From positions 4,388 to 68,387 of the forward strand of contig JAYGEG010000040.1 in NCBI GenBank assembly GCA_046582495.1: a DNA stretch of 64,000 bases, read 5' to 3'. The position numbers were made by a program, and so were the translations under genes. Below are positions 21,460 to 31,410 of this stretch, piece by piece. Within the stretch, counting starts at the first letter, position 1; each line of letters begins with the position of its first letter. The notes beneath the pieces were generated by a model. It was not told the origin of the DNA, made no database searches, and was given only the letters and a program-made list of their open reading frames with translations. This stretch comes from Rhodospirillales bacterium. GTDB lineage: Bacteria; Pseudomonadota; Alphaproteobacteria; Rhodospirillales; UBA2165.

Positions 21460-22992
21460 TTACCTGGCTGGAGTATCGAAGCTTTTGGGCGCATGGCTGA
21501 TGATCTTGGTGCCTCTCTCCCGCACTTGATGGACCGACAACCTGCGCTCAGCAACGCCTTCCGGTAAAAATCTGAAAATGCCATCGCGGCCGGTAAATCC
21601 CTGCGGGGCGGTTATTTCAGAGATATCAAAGATCGCATTGCGTTCCGGGCGGACCTCCGGCGTCTCATTGGCGTTTTCGCTTTCGGCTTTTTTAGGCGCC
21701 TCGTTTTGCGCAAAGACGGCGGCCAAAGCCGTCGCATCATAGGCCAGCGTTGCCAATCTTGGCGGAAATTCACCATAAATGGCTTTATATTGGCGCCTGA
21801 AATCGTGTCGTTCCTGAGCCGCCGGCGCCGCGTACCAGCCGCCCACCAAAGCAGGTTCCGAGCCAATTCCAGCGGTATCCCATTGTCCGGTACCGAGCAT
21901 CCTGATTTTTTTTGGATCAATGTCGTAATAGGGCAATAAAGCAGCAATGGATTGCAGTCTTTTGCCGCCATCGGCGATCAACAGTGCATCAAACGGAACG
22001 TCGCCCAGAGTTTGCAGATTTTCGAGCCGCTTGAGCGCTTGTTTTGCGACCTCATCATCTCGCGCTGCCAGAATTTTACGTTCGGCCAGTAAATTTGAGC
22101 GCCGGGCATCGTAATTGGCAAGATCTTTGATGACCGGGGCAAAATCAGTGACATAGGGATCATAAAACGCCTGTTCACTAACCTCGGCACCATTGGCTTC
22201 GGCTGTTTGTTTTAAAGCATCTGCAATGGTGACACCGTAATCATTATCGGGCGCAAGAACGGCAAAGCGGCGCACGCCGCGCTTAATCGCATAGGTGACA
22301 ACCCGCTGAACCTGCTCGCTCGGCAAAAAACCCATAGTGAACACACCGTCACCGGCAATTGTCCGATCATTTGAAAACGCAATGACTTTTAAGCCCGCTG
22401 CCCGCGCTGCCGGCGCAATCGCCTCGACCGAGCCGGCAAACAAAGGGCCCAGAATAAGTGAGGCGCCATCACCGATGGCTAAGGCCGCTGCATCGGCGGC
22501 GCCATTGGGTGTGCCTTGGGTATCTTGCGGCAATAACTCAAACTCTTTATCAGCAAAATGGAACAACGCCAGCTGCGCGGCATTGAGCATCGCTTGGCCC
22601 AATTTTGAGTGACTTCCTGAAAGCGGCAGAAGAATGGCGACCCTCGGGACATTCGGGTTCAACGGCGGGGCAGGGGGCGCCGAAAACCGTTTTTCATTCT
22701 GCGGCGCCAGCACCTGATCCACTTCAATGGGCGCAGGTTCAACAACAGCGCCCGGAATGACGAGCTGACCGGGTTGAACATCCGGCGCTTTTAATTGGCC
22801 TTCCCGAAGCGTTTGTTGCGCCAATTGCGGATTACTTGGTCCAATTGGCCGCGCATTTGAGCCTTGCCTATCCTGAGGTAATTCAGTCAACTGTTGCTCA
22901 ACGCAGGCCCCTAGAGTTGGCACCAACAACAATATCGCCAATAACGAAGACCCAGCAAAAGACAGTGGAAAAACTTTCTGATAAAAGCTCAT
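21460..22992 (-). CDS. LpoA/LppC-like penicillin-binding protein activator lipoprotein
   Basis: Lipobox LGAC, VAILLPLSG, ILGPLFA, VIAFSND, RLATLAYDA, GFTGRDGIFRF. Start set to ATG 22992. Confidence 0.85.
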   Translation of the reverse strand: MSFYQKVFPLSFAGSSLLAILLLVPTLGACVEQQLTELPQDRQGSNARPIGPSNPQLAQQTLREGQLKAPDVQPGQLVIPGAVVEPAPIEVDQVLAPQNEKRFSAPPAPPLNPNVPRVAILLPLSGSHSKLGQAMLNAAQLALFHFADKEFELLPQDTQGTPNGAADAAALAIGDGASLILGPLFAGSVEAIAPAARAAGLKVIAFSNDRTIAGDGVFTMGFLPSEQVQRVVTYAIKRGVRRFAVLAPDNDYGVTIADALKQTAEANGAEVSEQAFYDPYVTDFAPVIKDLANYDARRSNLLAERKILAARDDEVAKQALKRLENLQTLGDVPFDALLIADGGKRLQSIAALLPYYDIDPKKIRMLGTGQWDTAGIGSEPALVGGWYAAPAAQERHDFRRQYKAIYGEFPPRLATLAYDATALAAVFAQNEAPKKAESENANETPEVRPERNAIFDISEITAPQGFTGRDGIFRFLPEGVAERRLSVHQVRERGTKIISHAPKSFDTPAR

Positions 22993-23015
22993 CTTCTGAA
23001 AATAGCGGAGCGCCA

Positions 23016-23882
23016 ATGAGAAGTAAACCGGACGATGACGGACACAAAAATAGGCTTAAAACTGGGCTCTATTTGGTCGCAACGCCGATTGGAAATCTCC
23101 AGGATTTAAGCCTGCGCGCCCATGAAATTTTGAGCAACGCAGATATTATTGCCTGCGAAGATACGCGGGTCACCGGAAAATTGCTCTCTCGTCACGCCAT
23201 AGACACATCTATGAAAGCCTATCACGAACATAATGCCGAACACGCGCGCCCGGCTTTAATGAAAATCCTCAGCGAAGGCGGTGCTATTGCGCTGGTATCA
23301 GATGCCGGGACGCCCGCGATTTCAGATCCTGGCTACAGATTGGTGCAAGACTGTATTGAGCGCAGCTTTGACGTTACTTCTGCGCCCGGTGCCAACGCTG
23401 CCATTACCGGCCTCATATTGTCTGGTTTGCCAACCGATCGCTTTTTATTCGCCGGATTTTTACCGTCGAAATCAGGACAGCGTTGCAAGGAGCTGGCTGA
23501 ACTGGCAGGCGTTCCAGCGACGCTGATATTCTACGAATCTGCAAAACGTTTGGCCGCCTCACTCAGTGATATGGCGGAACAATTAGGTGACCGGCCCGCT
23601 GCTGTAACACGAGAGCTGACCAAACTGCACGAAGAAATCCGCCGCGGTTCTTTGGCTGAGCTTGCCGCTCATTATAGGGGGGCCGGCGCGCCCAAGGGTG
23701 AAATTGTTGTTGTCATCGGCCGGCCCCTGAAAGCTGCCGCGCTATCAGACGAAGAGCTCGACATTTTAATTTCTGAAGGCCTCAAGGATAAATCATTACG
23801 CGATGTGGCAGCAAAGCTCGCGGAAGAAACCGGTTTGCCCAAGCGCCAGATTTACGCCCGCGCCTTAGAGATATCAAAATGA
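23016..23882 (+). CDS. rsmI: 16S rRNA C1402 2'-O-methyltransferase
   Basis: LYLVATPIGNLQDLSLRA, ACEDTRVT, LVSDAGTPAISDPG, RELTKLHEE, GEIVVVI. Start set to ATG 23016. Confidence 0.96.
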   Translation: MRSKPDDDGHKNRLKTGLYLVATPIGNLQDLSLRAHEILSNADIIACEDTRVTGKLLSRHAIDTSMKAYHEHNAEHARPALMKILSEGGAIALVSDAGTPAISDPGYRLVQDCIERSFDVTSAPGANAAITGLILSGLPTDRFLFAGFLPSKSGQRCKELAELAGVPATLIFYESAKRLAASLSDMAEQLGDRPAAVTRELTKLHEEIRRGSLAELAAHYRGAGAPKGEIVVVIGRPLKAAALSDEELDILISEGLKDKSLRDVAAKLAEETGLPKRQIYARALEISK

Positions 23883-24241
23883 CGGCCAAAAAAAACCAAA
23901 CAAGAAATTTTGGCACCTTTGCTGAACACCTGGCGGCACTTTTTCTGCGCCTCAAAGGCTACCGTATTCTTGCCCGGCAGCTACGCACGCCTCTCGGCGA
24001 AATCGATATTATCGCCAAACGCGGACACACCATCGCTTTTGTTGAAGTTAAAGCGCGCGGCGACATGACCCAAGCGCTGGAGGCTTTAAGTTATCGTCAG
24101 CGCGAACGCATCGGCCGCGCGGCCTTGGCCTATGCGTCAGATCACAGCAAATATTCGAGATTTGACCTACGATTTGACTTAATCGCCATCGCGCCCTGGC
24201 AATGGCCGCGTCATCTTTGCAACGCCTGGCAACCTTCCTGA
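23879..24241 (+). CDS. yraN: YraN family (UPF0102) PD-(D/E)XK protein
   Basis: GTFAEHLAA.FL..KGYRIL, GEIDIIA, FVEVKAR, RFDLIAI. Confidence 0.93.
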   Translation: MTAKKNQTRNFGTFAEHLAALFLRLKGYRILARQLRTPLGEIDIIAKRGHTIAFVEVKARGDMTQALEALSYRQRERIGRAALAYASDHSKYSRFDLRFDLIAIAPWQWPRHLCNAWQPS

Positions 24242-24367
24242 AGCCGGTTTATATAAAACTTACAAATATTGGGCGGTTTTTGGGTTTAGGTATTAGCTTT
24301 CAGTTAGTAATATAGCGCTATAATCGACGCCTAAATATTTGAGATCACTCGATAAGGATGTAACGTT

Positions 24368-24955
24368 ATGCCCCGCTTGTTTTCCGCACCCGTTCTGGTC
24401 ATTACCTCGCTACTCGCTGTTTCGACAATTTTGTCCGGCTGTACCGCCATCGTTGGTGCAGGCGCAACAGTGGGTGTGGCCGCCGTTCAGGAGCGTGGCC
24501 TCAAAGGTAGAGCCAATGATCTTAAAATTGAGGCGCGTGTACTCGAAAAATATGTCAATGCCGGCTTTAAGCTTACCGCGACGATTGGCGCTGAGGTGTA
24601 TGAAGGCCGCGTGCTTTTAACGGGCGCCAGCAAAGACACCAAAATTACCGATCAGGCAGTAAAACTCGCCTGGCAGGTCGACGGCGTCAAAGAAGTCATC
24701 AATGAAATTCAAGTTGGCAAAGAATCCGGGATTTCAGATTACGCCCAAGACACCTGGATCACCGCCCAGTTGAAATCCAAAATGACGTTTGATCAGGAAA
24801 TCCTCTCGATCAATTATGTCGTTGAAACGGTGAATGCGACGGTCTATCTAATCGGCATTGCCCAGAACGCAACCGAACTTAACCGTGTCAAACAACACGC
24901 CTCAAATGTGAAGTTTGTCCGCAATATCATCAGCCATGTTCGCGTAAAAAAATAA
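24368..24955 (+). CDS. Dual-BON-domain lipoprotein (DolP/OsmY-like)
   Basis: Lipobox LSGC; two BON domains (EGRVLLTG...VKEVINEI; [11 protein letters not shown]...VYLIG). Confidence 0.88.
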   Translation: MPRLFSAPVLVITSLLAVSTILSGCTAIVGAGATVGVAAVQERGLKGRANDLKIEARVLEKYVNAGFKLTATIGAEVYEGRVLLTGASKDTKITDQAVKLAWQVDGVKEVINEIQVGKESGISDYAQDTWITAQLKSKMTFDQEILSINYVVETVNATVYLIGIAQNATELNRVKQHASNVKFVRNIISHVRVKK

Positions 24956-24986
24956 ACCAACGTCTGAATTTAACGGAACACACCCT

Positions 24987-25943
24987 ATGAGCCTTATCGT
25001 CGCCATCCAAATGGACCCCATAGATTCAATCGACATCTCTGCCGATAGTACATTTGTGATGGCGCTGGAAGCACAAGCTCGCGGACATTCGCTCTATCAT
25101 TATCTAACGCAAGATCTTGCGTTGAAAAATGGCCGTGTGATGGCCGGCGCTCGGCATCTCGAAGTGCGCCGCGAAGAAGGCAATCATTTCACCCTCGGTG
25201 AGCAGGAGTGGATTGACCTCGCCCTCGTTGATGTTGTGCTGATGCGGCAAGACCCGCCTTTTGATATGGCCTATATCACGGCAACCCATTTGCTCGAACA
25301 CGTCCATCCAAAAACGCTGGTCGTCAATGATCCGGTGAATGTCAGGAACGCGCCTGAAAAATTGTTTGTCACGCATTTTCCGGAGCTCATGCCGCCGACG
25401 CTGATCACCACAAATCGGGAACAGGTGATGGACTTTCGTGCAGAGCACAAAGACCTGATCATCAAACCTTTGTTTGGCAATGGCGGGGCGGGGGTCTTTC
25501 ATATCGGGCCCGATGACGAAAACATAAATTCCCTGCTTGAACTTTTCACCGAGCTCTATCGCGAACCGATTATTGTCCAGCGCTACGAGCCTGCTGTCAG
25601 AAACGGCGACAAACGCATTATCCTGATCGACGGAAAGCCAGCCGGCGCGCTTAACCGAGTTCCGGCCAAGGGCGAATCCCGCTCCAACCTCCATGTCGGC
25701 GGCACCGCCGAAAAAAGCACGCTGACCAAGCGCGAGCGGGAAATTTGCGACGCCATCGGCCCGACGCTGAAAGAGCGCGGTTTAATATTTGTCGGAATTG
25801 ACGTGATCGGCGACTACATGACTGAGATTAACGTCACCTCGCCGACCTGCCTGCAAGAGATCAATCATTTTGATGGCGTTAAGCTCGAAGCCGATATCTG
25901 GGACGCGATCCAATTGCGGCTCGATAGCAAAGAAGACGATTAA
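24987..25943 (+). CDS. gshB: Glutathione synthetase
   Basis: [55 protein letters not shown]. Confidence 0.98.
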   Translation: MSLIVAIQMDPIDSIDISADSTFVMALEAQARGHSLYHYLTQDLALKNGRVMAGARHLEVRREEGNHFTLGEQEWIDLALVDVVLMRQDPPFDMAYITATHLLEHVHPKTLVVNDPVNVRNAPEKLFVTHFPELMPPTLITTNREQVMDFRAEHKDLIIKPLFGNGGAGVFHIGPDDENINSLLELFTELYREPIIVQRYEPAVRNGDKRIILIDGKPAGALNRVPAKGESRSNLHVGGTAEKSTLTKREREICDAIGPTLKERGLIFVGIDVIGDYMTEINVTSPTCLQEINHFDGVKLEADIWDAIQLRLDSKEDD

Positions 25944-25949
25944 AATATT

Positions 25950-26264
25950 TTAGCCTTCCCGCCAATACTCTTCATCGCGCTTTATCATCAGATCATCTTC
26001 CGGCGATTTACCCATCTGTTTTCGGTCGTCGCCTTTGAGGTGATCCATATAACCGCCCAGCACAGAATTGATAAATGGATGATCTGACGGCGTGTCCTTT
26101 TCCGCGATATCGTAGGACGTGAAGTCCGCGAGCTTGCCCTCAAAGGTTTTGCGGATCATGTCATAGACAAAACTATCGTGCCATTCGGGCAATTCAAACA
26201 GACTGTCATCCAGATAGAGCTGGCGCCAAAATTCCATAAACTCCCGGTGGCGCGGGTGGGTTAA
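25950..26264 (-). pseudogene. 5'-truncated fragment of an uncharacterised, possibly sugar-transferase-like protein
   Basis: ORF 25950-26237 plus its upstream in-frame codons reads LTHPRHREFMEFWRQLY.DD.LFELPEWHDSFVYD...HPFINSVLGGYMDHLKG.DRK. An in-frame TAG at 26289-26291 lies inside comM-like sequence. The family assignment is from memory only. Confidence 0.5.
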
Positions 26265-26721
26265 CCGCGCGCCTAAATGCGGCCAGGACTATCAGACAAA
26301 AATCTCAGGACCGATGTTTGACCGTATTGATCTTCATGTCGACGTGCCGGCTGTTCATCTTGCTGATCTTAGCAGGCCATCACAGTCTGAAAGCTCGGCT
26401 GTTATCGCTGTGCGCGTCGCCGCCGCACGCCTTCTCCAACGGGAGCGCTTCAGGAAACTCGGCGAAAATGATCTGCATACCAATGCCGAGGCTGATGGGA
26501 AACTTTTAGAAGAAATTGCCGCGCCGTCAGAGGCGGGGCGAAAACTACTGTTGGAAGCGACCGAAAAAATGCGATTAACCGCCCGGGGCTATCACCGTAT
26601 TTTGCGCGTCGGCAGAACGCTCGCCGATCTCGATCAGCAAAACGACGTTGAACGCATCCATATTGCTGAGGCGCTCGCCTACCGGCGCATCGTACCCGGG
26701 CGGCAACTCGCATCTGTTTGA
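26263..26721 (+). pseudogene. comM: ComM/YifB Mg-chelatase-like AAA+ ATPase, C-terminal fragment only
   Basis: The frame upstream of ATG 26314 reads NRAPKCGQDYQTKISGP, then MFDRIDLHVDVP...RGYHRILRVGRTLADL...HIAEALAYR. The N-terminal region and Walker A/B motifs are absent from the window. Confidence 0.88.
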
Positions 26722-26730
26722 AACAGGGCG

Positions 26731-27093
26731 TCAGTCTCTCGTAAGCATCGGGCCGAGTTTCTTGCCGCCAAATATATGAACATGAAGATGCGGAACCTCC
26801 TGTATGCCGTCATCGCCTATATTGGCAAGAATGCGATAGCCGGGTTCGGCCAGCTCTAATTGACGCGCGGTATTGCCGACTGCCCGAATAAAATTGGCGA
26901 TTTCTGCATCACTCGCGGTGGAGGTAAAATCATCCATCGAGACATAGGCAGCCTTCGGAATAACCAAAACGTGGATCGGGGCTTGTGGATTGATGTCTTC
27001 AAACGCCAGCGCGTGATCGTCCTCATAAACTTTAGTACACGGAATTTCACCGCGCAAAATCTTGGCAAAAATATTCTCAGAATCATACGCCAT
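26731..27093 (-). CDS. hinT: Histidine triad nucleotide-binding protein (HinT-like)
   Basis: NIFAKILRGEIPC, DINPQAPIHVLVIPK, QEVPHLHVHIFGG. Confidence 0.95.
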   Translation of the reverse strand: MAYDSENIFAKILRGEIPCTKVYEDDHALAFEDINPQAPIHVLVIPKAAYVSMDDFTSTASDAEIANFIRAVGNTARQLELAEPGYRILANIGDDGIQEVPHLHVHIFGGKKLGPMLTRD

Positions 27094-27110
27094 TGGATTT
27101 CCTAAATAAA

Positions 27111-27135
27111 TTTAATTACCCCGGGGTAAATTAAA
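27111..27135. repeat. Palindromic hairpin, copy 2 (core TACCCCGGGGTA)
   Basis: TTTAATTACCCC-GGGGTAAATTAAA in the hisE-hinT spacer. Confidence 0.5.
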
Positions 27136-27142
27136 AAATTTG

Positions 27143-27472
27143 TTAGTTTTTGCCCCGAGATTCATTTTCTTCAATTCCGGATGTGCCTTCGCGGCGCTCA
27201 AGTTCTGCCCACACTTCTTCTGGTTTGATGCCAGCCTCTGCCCATAAAACCAAAAGATGGTACAAAAGATCGGCGCTTTCCGCCGTGACGGTATCTTGGT
27301 TGCTGAGCGCGGCGGTGATGGTTTCGACCGCTTCTTCGCCGACTTTCCGGGCAATCTCCGCCATACCGGCATCAAACAACTTCGCCGTATAGGAAGAGGC
27401 CGCATCGGCGCCTTTGCGGCTTTCAATCACCGCATAGAGTTTATCCAGAACGTTGCTTGAGCTATCCGTCAT
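27143..27472 (-). CDS. hisE: Phosphoribosyl-ATP diphosphatase
   Basis: SYTAKLF, KVGEEAVET, ESADLLYHLLVLW, ELERREG.SG. Start set to ATG 27472. Confidence 0.95.
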   Translation of the reverse strand: MTDSSSNVLDKLYAVIESRKGADAASSYTAKLFDAGMAEIARKVGEEAVETITAALSNQDTVTAESADLLYHLLVLWAEAGIKPEEVWAELERREGTSGIEENESRGKN

Positions 27473-27476
27473 TCTA

Positions 27477-28238
27477 TCAATCCATCCGTACCGGCACGCC
27501 GGCCGCCTGCATGTGGGCTTTGGTTTCTTGAATACTATAGGTGCCAAAGTGAAAAATCGAGGCCGCTAAGACCGCGCTTGCATGGCCGTCCCGCACACCT
27601 TCAACCATGTGATCAAGCGTGCCGACGCCGCCGGAGGCTATGACCGGGATGGAGACCGCATCGGCGATCGCCCGGGTCAGCTCAATATCAAAACCTGATT
27701 TTGTACCGTCTTTATCCATCGAGGTGAGCAATATTTCACCCGCGCCGTATTCCGCCATCTGTTTGGCCCAGCCAATCGCTTCTATACCGGTTTCCTTGCG
27801 GCCACCATGGGTGAATATTTCGAACCGATCTCCATTTCTCTTAGCGTCCATCGCAACAACGATACATTGGCTGCCAAACTTTAACGCAGCTTCACGGACA
27901 AATTCCGGATTGTGGATGGCAGCGGTATTGATCGCCACTTTATCCGCACCCGCAAGAAGAAGCTTTCGAATATCATCAACGCTACGCACACCGCCGCCGA
28001 CCGTCACCGGCATAAAACATTGCTCTGCGGTTTGGGCGACGACCTCAAAGATCGTGTCTCGGTCTTCGTGGCTCGCGGTAATATCCAAAAAACATAGCTC
28101 GTCTGCACCGGCGGCGTCATATATTTTGGCTTGCTCAACCGGATCACCGGCATCCACCAGATCGACAAAATTGACGCCTTTGACAACGCGGCCCTTATCG
28201 ACATCCAAACAAGGAATGATACGAGTTTTCAGCATCAT
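27477..28238 (-). CDS. hisF: Imidazole glycerol phosphate synthase cyclase subunit
   Basis: [48 protein letters not shown]. Confidence 0.98.
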   Translation of the reverse strand: MMLKTRIIPCLDVDKGRVVKGVNFVDLVDAGDPVEQAKIYDAAGADELCFLDITASHEDRDTIFEVVAQTAEQCFMPVTVGGGVRSVDDIRKLLLAGADKVAINTAAIHNPEFVREAALKFGSQCIVVAMDAKRNGDRFEIFTHGGRKETGIEAIGWAKQMAEYGAGEILLTSMDKDGTKSGFDIELTRAIADAVSIPVIASGGVGTLDHMVEGVRDGHASAVLAASIFHFGTYSIQETKAHMQAAGVPVRMD

Positions 28239-28978
28239 GCCGTGCCTTGCAGGAAAGCAACCGCAGCAGCAGGATCGATGGCCCCGTCGTAAACCGCCCG
28301 GCCCGAGATCACGCCTTCAAGCAGTTTCCCGCCGAGCTCATCATTGGCGTTTTTCAAGGCCAGCAAATCCACCATCGAGGAAACACCGCCAGAAGCAATC
28401 ACCGGAATGGAAATCGCTTTCGCCAGCGCAATCGTCGCGTCAACATTCGCACCTTCCATCAGACCATCCCGGTCGATGTCTGTATAAATGATCGTCGCAA
28501 CGCCTGCGCCTTCAAACTTCTTTGCAAGATCGAGCGCCGTGATTTCAGAAACTTCCGCCCAGCCTTCGACCGCGACAAAGCCGCCCTTGGCATCAATGCC
28601 AACGACAATTTGGCCGGGGAATTTTTTACACGCTTCCATTACAAGATCCGGATCTTTTAGCGCCGCTGTGCCGAGGATGACGCGCGTTATACCTTTTTCA
28701 AGCCACATCTCGATCGTAGCAAGATCACGGATACCGCCGCCGAGTTCCACCTTCATGGTGGTTGCTTCCAAAATGCCATCAACCGAATTGCCGTTTACCG
28801 GCTCGCCTTCAAAAGCGCCGTTGAGATCAACAACATGCAGCCATTTACACCCAGCGTCTTGAAACAATAAAGCTTGGGCAGCCGGATCGTCGCCGAAGAC
28901 CGTTGCCTTATCCATATCACCGCGCAGCAGGCGCACACATTCGCCGTCTTTTAAATCAATCGCTGGAAAAAAGATCAT
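28235..28978 (-). CDS. hisA: ProFAR isomerase
   Basis: [49 protein letters not shown]. Start set to ATG 28978. Confidence 0.97.
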   Translation of the reverse strand: MIFFPAIDLKDGECVRLLRGDMDKATVFGDDPAAQALLFQDAGCKWLHVVDLNGAFEGEPVNGNSVDGILEATTMKVELGGGIRDLATIEMWLEKGITRVILGTAALKDPDLVMEACKKFPGQIVVGIDAKGGFVAVEGWAEVSEITALDLAKKFEGAGVATIIYTDIDRDGLMEGANVDATIALAKAISIPVIASGGVSSMVDLLALKNANDELGGKLLEGVISGRAVYDGAIDPAAAVAFLQGTA

Positions 28979-28992
28979 TTTGCATCTCCTTC

Positions 28993-29649
28993 CTACACCC
29001 CTGGCCATCTCAAAAAGTTAGCAATAAAAGCCAAGCCGAATTGCTGGCTTTTCTCCGGGTGAAACTGTGTGCCTATCATGTTGTCCCGCCCGATCATCGC
29101 GGTCACCGCGCCGCCATATTCAACCTCGGCCAGCACGTTCCCGGCGTTGGCAGCAGCAAAATGATAAGAGTGCACAAAATAGGCATGCGCGCCAACATCA
29201 AAACCTGATAATACCGGATGCGCGCCGGGCTCGAACGACAACGCATTCCAGCCCATATGCGGAATTTTTAAAGCAGCATCGCTCGGTTTGATCTCAACAA
29301 CCTCGCCGTCGATCCAGCCAAAGCCGTCCGTATCTCCGTGCTCACGGCCCAGTGTCGCCATTAATTGCATGCCGACGCAAATACCGAGAAATGGTTTTTT
29401 GTTTGCAATCACCTGCTCGGTCAAAGCGTCGATCATGCCCGGCACGGCGGCAAGCCCGGCTTTGCAATCGGCAAAAGCACCAACGCCCGGCAATACAATA
29501 TGATCGGCATTTTTGAGTGTCGCCGGGTCATTGGTGACCACAACCTCGCTTGCGCCAAACTCTTCACTGGCGCGTTCAAATGCTTTGGCGGCGGAACGCA
29601 AATTGCCGGAGCCGTAATCAATAATGACAGTTTTATTCTTTGGGCTCAC
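28993..29649 (-). CDS. hisH: IGP synthase glutaminase subunit
   Basis: [39 protein letters not shown]. Confidence 0.97.
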   Translation of the reverse strand: MSPKNKTVIIDYGSGNLRSAAKAFERASEEFGASEVVVTNDPATLKNADHIVLPGVGAFADCKAGLAAVPGMIDALTEQVIANKKPFLGICVGMQLMATLGREHGDTDGFGWIDGEVVEIKPSDAALKIPHMGWNALSFEPGAHPVLSGFDVGAHAYFVHSYHFAAANAGNVLAEVEYGGAVTAMIGRDNMIGTQFHPEKSQQFGLAFIANFLRWPGV

Positions 29650-30062
29650 CAGGGACCTCCGGCACGATTGCTCGGGGGCGACGGTGCGGTGGACGGCTGC
29701 GCCATCATATAACGCACAAGTGCGGTTTCTTTATTATTTGCAACAATCACCGCGCGCTCATCGAAGCCGCGTTTGGCCAAAATCCGGCGCCGAAGATCGT
29801 TCGCGGTCCAGCCAATGATAAGTGCGAGCGCCAATGAGGCGACGCCTTGCACGATCTGGTCACCGCCGAGCAGCGTCATACTCCAGCCGAGCGCAACATT
29901 GACAATCACAAAGGCCAGCGCCCAAAACCAAAGGCGGTGCCACAAAGCCCAGATGACGGAAAACACAAAGGCCGGCCAGCTGAAACCTTCTTTAACGGCA
30001 ATGGGTTCCGGCACGGTTTCTCCCGCCGGGTCGATTGGCTCATGTAGGGTATAAATGCGCAT
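29646..30062 (-). CDS. DUF2628 family membrane protein
   Basis: [17 protein letters not shown]....[21 protein letters not shown]; usual position between hisB and hisH. Confidence 0.8.
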   Translation of the reverse strand: MRIYTLHEPIDPAGETVPEPIAVKEGFSWPAFVFSVIWALWHRLWFWALAFVIVNVALGWSMTLLGGDQIVQGVASLALALIIGWTANDLRRRILAKRGFDERAVIVANNKETALVRYMMAQPSTAPSPPSNRAGGPW

Positions 30063-30074
30063 AGATAGAAACTT

Positions 30075-30698
30075 CTAATTGTTATCCGAAAGCGTGCCCT
30101 TGGTCGATGGTACGCTATCCGCCGCGCGGGGATCAATCGTCATCGCCTGGCGAAGGGCGCGCGCCAGTGCTTTAAAAGATGATTCAATAATATGGTGATT
30201 GTTTGAACCATAGAGATTTTCGACATGCAGGGTCAGACCAGCCGCTTGCGCAAAAGCCTGAAACCATTCACGAAACAATTCGGTGTCAAAATCGCCCAAT
30301 TTTGGACGTGAGAAGCCAACCTTCCAAATAAGGCACGGCCGGTTCGAGCAATCGACAACAGCGCGCGTTAAGGCTTCGTCTAACGGACACAAAGCTGATC
30401 CAAAACGGGTTATGCCCGCCCTGTCGCCAAGCGCTTTTTTGACCGCTTCACCAATCGCAAGGCCGGTATCTTCAGTGGTGTGGTGAAAATCAATGTGGAG
30501 GTCACCCTCAGCTTTGACGTCAAGATCCATCAAGCTGTGACGAGACAGCTGCTCCAACATGTGATCAAGAAACCCAATCCCTGTTGAAACATTATAAACG
30601 CCGGTGCCATCAAGATTGACGGACACGCTGATCTGCGTCTCTTTAGTATTGCGCTCTACGCTCGCCCGGCGGACATTAGTGCGTTCTGAAGAGCCCAT
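30075..30698 (-). CDS. hisB: Imidazoleglycerol-phosphate dehydratase
   Basis: [41 protein letters not shown]. Confidence 0.98.
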   Translation of the reverse strand: MGSSERTNVRRASVERNTKETQISVSVNLDGTGVYNVSTGIGFLDHMLEQLSRHSLMDLDVKAEGDLHIDFHHTTEDTGLAIGEAVKKALGDRAGITRFGSALCPLDEALTRAVVDCSNRPCLIWKVGFSRPKLGDFDTELFREWFQAFAQAAGLTLHVENLYGSNNHHIIESSFKALARALRQAMTIDPRAADSVPSTKGTLSDNN

Positions 30699-30796
30699 TT
30701 TACTTACTCCACTTAAAATTCTTAATGAAAGTCGCGCTCTTGTAACAGGAACGCAACTTGAAAGCTAGAGTATTTGCAGCATTCACAGGAGCTTGC

Positions 30797-30825
30797 ATTG
30801 ACGCGAGCGCTGTTAGAAACTACAT
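30797..30825 (+). promoter_or_regulatory. RpoH-like promoter for hslVU
   Basis: ATTG-N18-ACTACAT, same spacing as the dnaK and hrcA candidates. Confidence 0.4.
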
Positions 30826-30882
30826 CCCCCTATAGAACCGAGTATAAAAATTAAAAAATAAATCCACCAGAAGGAAAAATGA

Positions 30883-31410
30883 ATGACCACCATTTTGTGC
30901 ATTCGCAAAGGCGATGAAGTCGTCGTTGCCGGTGATGGCCAAGTCAGCATGGGCGACACCGTCGTTAAATCCAACGCGATGAAAGTGCGCCGCCTCCACA
31001 ATGGCTCGGTGATTACCGGATTTGCCGGTGCAACTGCCGATGCTTTTACATTGTTCGAGCGCCTTGAAGCCAAGCTTGAACAGCATCCCGGCCAGCTTAC
31101 CCGCGCCTGTGTTGAGCTCGCCAAAGATTGGCGGACAGATCGTTATCTTCGAAGGCTCGAAGCGATGATGGCCGTCGCCGATGACAAAGTCTCACTGATT
31201 GTTTCCGGCACCGGCGATGTGCTGGAACCCGAGGACAGTTTGATCGGCATTGGCTCCGGCGGCAATTATGCACTCTCTGCGGCGCGCGCGCTGATCGACC
31301 GTGAGGATTTGAGCGCTGAAGACATCGCTCGCCGTGCCATGGAAATCGCCGCCGGTATTTGTGTCTACACCAATGAAAACGTTGTAATAGAAAAGCTCGA
31401 TTCAAAATGA
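30883..31410 (+). CDS. hslV: ATP-dependent protease subunit HslV
   Basis: [42 protein letters not shown]. Confidence 0.98.
   Translation: MTTILCIRKGDEVVVAGDGQVSMGDTVVKSNAMKVRRLHNGSVITGFAGATADAFTLFERLEAKLEQHPGQLTRACVELAKDWRTDRYLRRLEAMMAVADDKVSLIVSGTGDVLEPEDSLIGIGSGGNYALSAARALIDREDLSAEDIARRAMEIAAGICVYTNENVVIEKLDSK

Noticed and set aside
27619-28491. 290-aa plus-strand ORF
   Set aside because: Antisense to hisF/hisA; Ser/Pro/Thr-rich composition typical of off-frame reading.
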